Shown here in pieces: positions 13,949 through 20,061 of a stretch of 20,061 bases of DNA. The notes below the pieces were generated by a model, which was given only the letters and a program-made list of their open reading frames with translations, was not told where the DNA came from and did no database searches. The translations under genes and the position numbers were made by a program. The DNA is from an uncultured bacterium (GTDB taxonomy: Bacteria > Abyssobacteria > SURF-5), in NCBI GenBank assembly GCA_964510165.1, contig CAZEBC010000058.1, positions 1-20,061 on the forward strand, written 5' to 3'. Position 1 is the first letter of the stretch. Each line of letters begins with the position of its first letter.

Positions 13949-14383
13949 TCAGGTCTTGCGTCGGGGTTTTTTCCCACCTGTCGTATCCTTGACCTCCAAA
14001 TTGATCGTCTTCCGTTCGCTCGCGGTTTCTATCGCCGAGATGAACGTCTCGGCATCACAGGGCTTCAGCAGGTAATCGGTGCCCCCGCCCTTGAGCGCCC
14101 CGCTCACATATTCCAGGTCGGAGTGTCCACTGAACAGGAGCACCGGTGTCAGCGAATCGGTCCGCCGGATTTCTCGGAGCGCGGCCAGGCCGTCCATGAC
14201 AGGCATGCGCACGTCCAGCACCACCACGTCGAATTGCTCCCGCGATAACAGGTCGAGCGCGAGCCGCCCGTTGGTGGCCGTGCGAACCGAGATGCCCCGC
14301 CTGGTCAGCAACCGAGTAAGCGATTCAAGAAGTCCCACCTCGTCGTCAACCAGGAGCACGCGCAGTTTGTCAGGCATTGTCAC
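13949..14383 (-). CDS. Stand-alone response regulator receiver domain
   Basis: VLLVDDE, phospho-acceptor VVLDVRMP.MDG, LFSGH and DYLLKP. No output domain, only a short basic tail. GGAGG RBS. Confidence 0.95.
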   Translation of the reverse strand: MTMPDKLRVLLVDDEVGLLESLTRLLTRRGISVRTATNGRLALDLLSREQFDVVVLDVRMPVMDGLAALREIRRTDSLTPVLLFSGHSDLEYVSGALKGGGTDYLLKPCDAETFISAIETASERKTINLEVKDTTGGKKPRRKT

Positions 14384-14418
14384 TTTTTCATTCCCTCCGG
14401 GAACGCCTCGCGACGCTT

Positions 14419-17061
14419 CTAATCGGTGTTTCCCTCCAGAGCGTAATCCCCTTTGAGAAACGCCTCTTTGATGTGCATCGCCGTTTCATCGTTCGACATG
14501 GCGAGGTCCATCTGCCTCATGAATTGGAAGAGTCGGCCCAGAATCTCGAGGCGTTCCTCGGTCTCCTTTCGGCTGGCCTTGTTCAAGCGAGCCGTCACGA
14601 GGTCCCGATTGACCGTCACGGAAAAACCATGTTCCTTCAGGATGTCGGCAATCGCCCTGGCCCGCCGGCCTCGTCGGAGGCTGTCGGCGGCTCCACCGCG
14701 AAAGAGCAGATTGATGTAATTCTTGTTGGTGGTCTCGCTGCAGTAGGTGTCGACCACGCTGAAATGATAGCCCACGCGCGAAGTATAGTTCAAATAGTGC
14801 GTCGAGACGAGGGCGTAGCAAGGGTCGCGGAATGTGCGCTCGTCCTCGGGGTTGTTTATGGCGTGGCGCATGAAAAGCGAAAAGAGGCCTCCCATGTCGA
14901 TCGGCTTGGGGCCGAAACGCGGTATCTTTTCATGCAGCATTCCCTTGAGCAGCGCGGCAAGGGGAATGGAAGCGACCTGCGACCGCTTCACCTTGCGCCC
15001 TTTTTCGGGAGGCTTAACGCCGCCGCCAAGGTCGACGATATAGAGGTCAATGGGCAAGAAGACATCCAGGAAGTAGCTGGCGGAGCGCAGGTCTCCCATC
15101 GTCTCGCCCATGCGGAACATTTCCTCGTACGACTTTTCGTGTATGAAGCGCGCCATGTCGTGGAGCGTCTTGCAGTTTTCAGGTGTGAATCTCGATGAAC
15201 GGGGGTTGGTCAGGTTCAATGGTATGATCAAGTCGGAGACCTTCTCGAGCAGTTGAACCGCCCCGCCTTCCCGTAGTGGATTTGAGCTTCTCGCAGGAAC
15301 CTCCAGGCTCACCCGTCTTACGGCATCCTCAACGCTCCCATCGTACACGCATCCGCTGGTCGCGTCGACAGTCACGAGAGCCCCGCTCGGGATCACGCGG
15401 GTCGCATCTTTAGTGTTGAGGATGGTGGGCACTCGAAACTCGCGCGCGAGCGAGGCCATATGGCCTGTTATGCTGCCGGCATCCGTCACGATGGCTCTTG
15501 CCTTGGCCATGAGGCGGACGAATCTTGGAGAGGAACGCCGCGCCACGAGCACGCCGCCTTCGGGAAACGAATCGATGTCTCCGTCCTCGTCCAGGTGTAT
15601 GGCCGGGCCGGAGCCGACGCCGGGGCAGGCGATATCTCCCGCGTTCAGTAGTGTTGTTCGTCCCTCGATAGGTTTGCAGCTCCTCGTCATTTCCGCCAAC
15701 ATACGCAGGGGCCGCGACTGCAGGAGCACGATCCTTCGCTGGCTGTCTATCGCCCACTCGATGTCCTGCGCCCGGCCGAAATAGGCTTCAAGCTTGAGCG
15801 CCCACCTCGCCAGACACACCGCTTCGGCGTCCGTTATTGTGGGCTTGTCAGCGTGTTCCGGTTCGAGGGGCCTCTCCACCACGCCCGCCTCAGGCAAGCA
15901 GGCGAGATAAGTAGTCTGGCTGGATGGTCTCCGCGAGAGTATGCGAGGCGATGCCTCACGGGAAACAAGGATAGTCTCGGGAGAAGTTCGCCCGTCGGCA
16001 AGCGTGACTCCCAAGCCCCACACGGAATTGATAAGGACTTGGCCGGCATGTGTGGGATTGTTCGAAAACACGATCCCGCTGACGACGGCCTCAACCATCG
16101 CTATGCAGCCGACCGCCATTACGGCGGCCTCATCGGATAACCCATGGAACTGGCGGTAATGAATGGCTTCGGGCGAGAAGAGGCTCGCAAGCACGTCCTT
16201 ATAGGCCGCCGTCAGGCCCTCCCGCGTCACATTCAGAACCGACACGAACTGGCCGGCGAAGGAGAGGGTCGAGTCCTCGCCGAGGGCGCTTGAGCGAACT
16301 GCGAGGCGCGGTGTCGAGCCAAGCCGATGGGCGAGCCGGTCGTAAGCGGCGTGCATTTCAGCCTCGATGTCGGGGGGTAGCGGCGAGTTCAGGATCGCCG
16401 CGCGGAGTTCCTTGCTCAAATCCGACACCTCGGCAGGAGACAGCAACCCGGTTTGTCCCTTTTGGATCAGCGATTTGATTTCGCCGTTCTCGAACACGCG
16501 CTGGCAGGCGGCGGTAGTGACGGTGAACCCATCAGGGGTGGGGAGCGTGAGTTTGTTGCGAATCTCGGCGAGGTGGGCCATCTTGCCGCCGACGATGTCG
16601 GCATGACTCGCCGAGATGACGGAGACGTCGAGCACCAGGTCTTCCGCAGCCGCGGCAATAGGCGCGGCAGCCGCGCCTGTCAACTGCGCCGTTATGTGGT
16701 CCAGCACCGCCTGAAGTGAGGGATAGCGGTTTGATGAGATCGTGTTGATGCCATTCACCATGAGATGGATGTCCGCGACGGCTCTGGCCACCCTGCGTTT
16801 GATATAGGGGAGATCGAAGAAATCGCCTTCGTGCTTCTTCTGCTCGAGTTCAGCTATGATCTCGAGGAAATTGTTATTTGCGGTGAGCAGCTTTCTGAAT
16901 TCGGCATGGTATAACTTGAATTTGGCAAGCTGGACTTGCGGCTCGACACTGTGTTCCTCGCGCAAGCCGATTATCTCAAGGAACGTCAAGAGATTCCGCC
17001 ATAGCGATCGGATAAGGCGGCTCACTTGGGAGCCCGTATGTTCGGGCGAGGTGGAGGCCAT
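14419..17061 (-). CDS. PEP synthase/PPDK-like protein: ATP-grasp and His-swivel domains plus an atypical C-terminal domain
   Basis: VGGK..HL, P.GF, AVRSSA.GED...SFAGQF, QDIEWA, LLQSRPL and phospho-His motif GSITGHMASLAREFRVP. The C-terminal region of about 280 aa lacks recognisable PEP/pyruvate TIM-barrel motifs. Start at ATG 17061 (AGGA RBS), giving 880 aa. Confidence 0.9.
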   Translation of the reverse strand: MASTSPEHTGSQVSRLIRSLWRNLLTFLEIIGLREEHSVEPQVQLAKFKLYHAEFRKLLTANNNFLEIIAELEQKKHEGDFFDLPYIKRRVARAVADIHLMVNGINTISSNRYPSLQAVLDHITAQLTGAAAAPIAAAAEDLVLDVSVISASHADIVGGKMAHLAEIRNKLTLPTPDGFTVTTAACQRVFENGEIKSLIQKGQTGLLSPAEVSDLSKELRAAILNSPLPPDIEAEMHAAYDRLAHRLGSTPRLAVRSSALGEDSTLSFAGQFVSVLNVTREGLTAAYKDVLASLFSPEAIHYRQFHGLSDEAAVMAVGCIAMVEAVVSGIVFSNNPTHAGQVLINSVWGLGVTLADGRTSPETILVSREASPRILSRRPSSQTTYLACLPEAGVVERPLEPEHADKPTITDAEAVCLARWALKLEAYFGRAQDIEWAIDSQRRIVLLQSRPLRMLAEMTRSCKPIEGRTTLLNAGDIACPGVGSGPAIHLDEDGDIDSFPEGGVLVARRSSPRFVRLMAKARAIVTDAGSITGHMASLAREFRVPTILNTKDATRVIPSGALVTVDATSGCVYDGSVEDAVRRVSLEVPARSSNPLREGGAVQLLEKVSDLIIPLNLTNPRSSRFTPENCKTLHDMARFIHEKSYEEMFRMGETMGDLRSASYFLDVFLPIDLYIVDLGGGVKPPEKGRKVKRSQVASIPLAALLKGMLHEKIPRFGPKPIDMGGLFSLFMRHAINNPEDERTFRDPCYALVSTHYLNYTSRVGYHFSVVDTYCSETTNKNYINLLFRGGAADSLRRGRRARAIADILKEHGFSVTVNRDLVTARLNKASRKETEERLEILGRLFQFMRQMDLAMSNDETAMHIKEAFLKGDYALEGNTD

Positions 17062-17089
17062 CCTGAAAATCCTGCGCTTCTCCGGGCGG

Positions 17090-17746
17090 TCAGCCCGAGG
17101 CAACCATGCGGTCCCGCAGCCCTTGCACCAGCGCACGGGCTTTTTTTCTCCGCGGACCGTATACTCTCATTATACCACCGACTGGCTGAGGGCCTCTGAC
17201 TTCGACCTCAATCCATCTTGTCGGAATGAGAAGACCGTGGATAATTCCCAGCGCGCCCAGTGCAAACATCAGCGTGCCGGTCACCATGAGCCATGACCGG
17301 AACACCAGCGCAAACACACAGATGGCCGCCCCTGCGAACGCCTCGCTGGCGCGGATTTCCTTTCTTACGCGGATACCCGCAACACTTGATATCTCGACTT
17401 CGTCGATGGTCGCGCTCTCGCCCCCGTCACCGGCCGAGCGCTGGCCCGGGATCACGACCTCCCGCAAACGCAGCAGACGCCGATCAGTGAGGAAGAGGCT
17501 TATCGCCTCTTCCTCGGGTTCTTTCAAAACGGATTGATGCAGTTTCATGTGAGCCCTAACCGCGTGATGTTCCTCCAGAATCTGCTCGTCCGCCGCCAGT
17601 CGCTCCTCGATTATGGCCCGATAGAGTTTCAGGCTCAACTCGGTCTCTTGGCGCTGGAAGTTTCTTTTTGGCACATCGCCGCGTTGAAACCGCTCAAGCA
17701 GTTCACGGTGTTCTTTCCGTAAGAGGTCAACCTTACTTGTCGTCAT
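17090..17746 (-). CDS. Hypothetical membrane protein (helical N-terminus, possible bacterial PH-like domain, two TM helices)
   Basis: 218 aa from ATG 17746. LFLTDRRLLR resembles the LT..Rl strand of bacterial PH domains. Two hydrophobic helices: AFAGAAICVFALVF and WLMVTGTLMFALGALGIIHGLL. Packed tightly in the operon. Confidence 0.75.
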   Translation of the reverse strand: MTTSKVDLLRKEHRELLERFQRGDVPKRNFQRQETELSLKLYRAIIEERLAADEQILEEHHAVRAHMKLHQSVLKEPEEEAISLFLTDRRLLRLREVVIPGQRSAGDGGESATIDEVEISSVAGIRVRKEIRASEAFAGAAICVFALVFRSWLMVTGTLMFALGALGIIHGLLIPTRWIEVEVRGPQPVGGIMRVYGPRRKKARALVQGLRDRMVASG

Positions 17747-17939
17747 AAGGGAAAGAACCGGGGGATACTCCCTTCGCGCGTATGCCCGGCAGAACGGAAA
17801 TCGCGACTGCGAGCACCAGCACGAATGCCACCACGAACGCGAACCAGGGGTCCCATTCCTTGATGGTCGAATCGTAGAGCAGCCACAGGAGAAACCCATA
17901 CAGCACTACGTTGATGACGACCTGCCATATAGAACTCAT
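17733..17939 (-). CDS. 68-aa two-TM membrane protein
   Basis: IWQVVINVVLYGFLLWLLY and WFAFVVAFVLVLAVAISVL helices; GGGGGA RBS; fills the operon gap. Confidence 0.75.
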   Translation of the reverse strand: MSSIWQVVINVVLYGFLLWLLYDSTIKEWDPWFAFVVAFVLVLAVAISVLPGIRAKGVSPGSFPYDDK

Positions 17940-17955
17940 AAGCGCATCCCCCAGT

Positions 17956-18063
17956 TCAAATCCGGCCCTTCAGCCAGATTTCATAGATTAACGCGGCGGT
18001 GCCCAGCGAGATTGTGAGCAGCAGTATCCAGTAACCGAGCATCGAGTCTATGAACCATCTCAT
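17956..18063 (-). CDS. 35-aa single-TM microprotein (below the ORF-track size cut-off)
   Basis: Manual translation MRWFIDSMLGYWILLLTISLGTAALIYEIWLKGRI-stop. GGAGG lies 6 nt before the ATG, and the gaps to the neighbouring genes are 24 nt and 16 nt. Confidence 0.75.
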   Translation of the reverse strand: MRWFIDSMLGYWILLLTISLGTAALIYEIWLKGRI

Positions 18064-18087
18064 ATGCTTCCTCCAGTTTCACGGGCC

Positions 18088-19149
18088 TCAAACCACAAGC
18101 GGCGGAACCCACGAAGGCACAGTCTTGCCGCGGCGGTGTCGCACAGCGAACACGACGAGTGACAAGATGAACAGACACAGGAAGATCATCTCGCCCAGGG
18201 TCAGCATCACCGCGAACAGCGAAAGCGCTTCGATCTGTTGACCTGTCAAGACGTAGGCAAGCCGCAACACCGCCCCGCATGTGGCCAGAATGAGCGAGTA
18301 GCTGAGGATGTACCGGATCGCCGGTCCGCGCACGAACGAGGTCGCGATGCTGCCGAACTGGGCTCCGATCATGGCGCCCGAGATCATGAACACCACGGCC
18401 ACCATGTCAACGTGCCCTTCGATGGAATGCCTGAGCGCGCCGTAGCCGCCGGAGAACACGATCTCAACCAGGTCAGTGCCCACTGCAATATGGGTGGACG
18501 CGCCGACGATATACACCAGTGCGGGAACCCTGATGAAGCCGCCGCCGACCCCCAGGAAACCTGCTAACACCCCGGTGATCATGCCCACCAGCACGATTAC
18601 CCACATCGAGACTACGACGCGGGCAGTCCGACAGATTACGATTGGCGCCAGCGGAATGTTTTGAAAGAACTTCGGCAGACGGCTGGTCTGCACCTCGCGG
18701 CCGACGCTTCTGCCTTCCTTCGCCATATCTTGAATCTTCTTGTGCGCCCGGTGCGTTTCGATCTGCGTGTAGAGGAACAGGGAGAACATCACACCCACCG
18801 ACGTGATGAGCAGCACGATGGTGGACAGGCCAAGGTGCTTCAGGTAGACGAGCAGCCTCACGCCGAGTTCGACGCCCAGCATGGTTCCCGCCACCATGCT
18901 GAGCGCCATGGTCCAGTCAATATTGCCGAGCTGCCGATGGCGGATTGTCGAGACTACTCCCTTTCCGGCGATATGCGTCATGTCGATTCCCGACGCCATA
19001 TAGCCGGGGAAGCCGAATACAATGAGCGCCGGAGTGACCATGTATCCGCCGCCGACCCCGATGAAACCGCCGACTATGCCGACGGTGAACCCGACGAGCA
19101 CGAGCAGCAGAATCGGCGCCTCAATGCCTGCCACGGGAAAATTGAACAT
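18088..19149 (-). CDS. TauE/SafE (DUF81) family sulfite/organosulfur transporter-like protein
   Basis: 353 aa with the duplicated Gly-rich motifs GGFIGVGGGYMVTPAL and AGFLGVGGGFIRVPAL, plus AVGTDL and H...G.(I/V)D. AAGGAG RBS. Confidence 0.93.
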   Translation of the reverse strand: MFNFPVAGIEAPILLLVLVGFTVGIVGGFIGVGGGYMVTPALIVFGFPGYMASGIDMTHIAGKGVVSTIRHRQLGNIDWTMALSMVAGTMLGVELGVRLLVYLKHLGLSTIVLLITSVGVMFSLFLYTQIETHRAHKKIQDMAKEGRSVGREVQTSRLPKFFQNIPLAPIVICRTARVVVSMWVIVLVGMITGVLAGFLGVGGGFIRVPALVYIVGASTHIAVGTDLVEIVFSGGYGALRHSIEGHVDMVAVVFMISGAMIGAQFGSIATSFVRGPAIRYILSYSLILATCGAVLRLAYVLTGQQIEALSLFAVMLTLGEMIFLCLFILSLVVFAVRHRRGKTVPSWVPPLVV

Positions 19150-19168
19150 AGATATCTCCTTCTCTCGA

Positions 19169-19726
19169 TCAATGACCTTCGAAATGGCGGATTTTTTCCA
19201 ACTTGATGCCGAGCAAGTCCGTCAGTCCTTCAGCCATATAGCCGAGCGACACACCAAGGCCGATGACCAGGAACACGTTTACAAGCGCCGCCCACGGGTA
19301 GGTGGTGATCCCTTTATGCTTGAACGTGTCCTTGAACTTGAATCCTTTGGACTCCTTGATTTCCCACGGGATGGAAACCTTGATCCGATCACCCTCCAGG
19401 CTCACGCGCCTGCCGCGTGACAGTTCCTCCATGGATATGACGCCGTTGGCCAACTCCGGGAGCCTGTCTCCCTTCTTGACCGACACCGCCTCCAATCCGT
19501 CAATTTGGCCGAAGTCTCCCACGCTGAGCAGCGCAGGGTTCTGCGGGGTGGCCTCGCGGAAGGTGTCCGCGTTCACTGCATAGCCGTCGCTGGCTGCCGA
19601 GTAATAGAACCATCTGGAAAAGCTCCCGTTGCGGTGGAGGTGAGCCACCCAGATGAAGAACCCCGCCGAGATGACCGCCCAGAATCCAAACTTGATCGTG
19701 GAACGCATTTTTGAAGTATAAGCCAT
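19169..19726 (-). CDS. Hypothetical membrane protein (N- and C-terminal TM helices flanking a soluble domain), first gene of the operon
   Basis: 185 aa; TM segments FGFWAVISAGFFIWVA and WAALVNVFLVIGLGVSLGYMA. GAGGTG RBS; ends 19 nt before the TauE gene. Confidence 0.85.
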   Translation of the reverse strand: MAYTSKMRSTIKFGFWAVISAGFFIWVAHLHRNGSFSRWFYYSAASDGYAVNADTFREATPQNPALLSVGDFGQIDGLEAVSVKKGDRLPELANGVISMEELSRGRRVSLEGDRIKVSIPWEIKESKGFKFKDTFKHKGITTYPWAALVNVFLVIGLGVSLGYMAEGLTDLLGIKLEKIRHFEGH

Positions 19727-19857
19727 CCTCTCACCTCTCCTTCATCCATCAGGCGCCAAGAGATTTCAAGCGCGCCGACCGTCCTCATTCGGAAACAAGG
19801 GCGACAACACCCCGTCGTCACTGCCTTCAGTTGACCGCGTGTTGGAGACCAAAAAGG

Positions 19858-19873
19858 GCAAGTTCTATGCCGA
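19858..19873 (-). promoter_or_regulatory. Sigma54 (-24/-12) promoter
   Basis: Minus strand TCGGCATAGAACTTGC has GG-N10-GC spacing with GGCA and TTGC consensus blocks, about 130 nt upstream of the first start codon. Confidence 0.7.
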
Positions 19874-19969
19874 CTTGTCCGACGCCCTCAGAAACAGCCT
19901 TCGGCACGGAAAACCGCCCTTTTCCGGCCCTCGGAGGATGATTCGAGAGGGTTGAAGGCGGGGTCAGAG

Positions 19970-20005
19970 TGCCGAAAAACTTTACGCTTGTAAAGTTTTC
20001 CGACA
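19970..20005. promoter_or_regulatory. Upstream activator sequence (paired enhancer-binding-protein sites)
   Basis: 36-bp imperfect palindrome with a perfect core AAAACTTTAC-GCTT-GTAAAGTTTT. It resolves into two 17-bp TGT-N11-ACA-like sites (19970-19986 and 19989-20005) about 100-135 bp upstream of the -24 box. Confidence 0.7.
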
Positions 20006-20061
20006 GCGCACGCCCTCGCGGCGGGCCTGACAGCGGGCTGCCAGGAGAGATTGCCGCCTTG

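Noticed and set aside
14419-17061. Calling the gene ppsA or rifampin phosphotransferase
   Set aside because: It has no C-terminal PEP/pyruvate barrel motifs as in PpsA, and the His domain is central rather than C-terminal as in RPH.
19901-19918. Plus-strand TCGGCACGGAAAACCGC as a divergent sigma54 promoter
   Set aside because: The GC is one base out of register and there is no TTGC block.
1-20061. tRNA, rRNA, phage, integrase, transposase or defence genes
   Set aside because: None was recognisable by eye; tRNAscan-SE, Rfam and DefenseFinder runs would be needed to exclude them formally.

Overview
GC-rich bacterial chromosomal window containing the likely replication origin. On the minus strand, dnaA, dnaN and a dciA/DUF721 gene (cut by the window edge) run together with no recF, and DnaA-box clusters lie on both sides of dnaA. 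Divergent from dnaA, where rpmH-rnpA-yidC often sits, are an orphan 2-hydroxyacyl-CoA dehydratase activase, a phytol/dolichol kinase-like protein and a DUF92 protein. Next come citrate synthase, uvrC coupled to a MATE transporter, a SAM methyltransferase, a small Arg-rich (DRR/ERR) protein behind a consensus sigma70 promoter, an extended SDR and a lipoprotein. The right 6 kb is a compact seven-ORF minus-strand operon behind a sigma54 promoter with a palindromic enhancer. It encodes a membrane protein, a TauE/SafE transporter, a 35-aa single-TM microprotein missed by the ORF track, 68-aa and 218-aa membrane proteins, a PEP-synthase-like ATP-grasp/His-swivel protein lacking the pyruvate-binding barrel, and a stand-alone receiver domain; this may be a non-canonical phosphorelay. 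Four different REP-like palindrome families occur with no transposase in the window. One is nested in a MITE-like element, and another is inserted in frame inside the MATE gene. All calls come from reading motifs by eye; no database searches were run.
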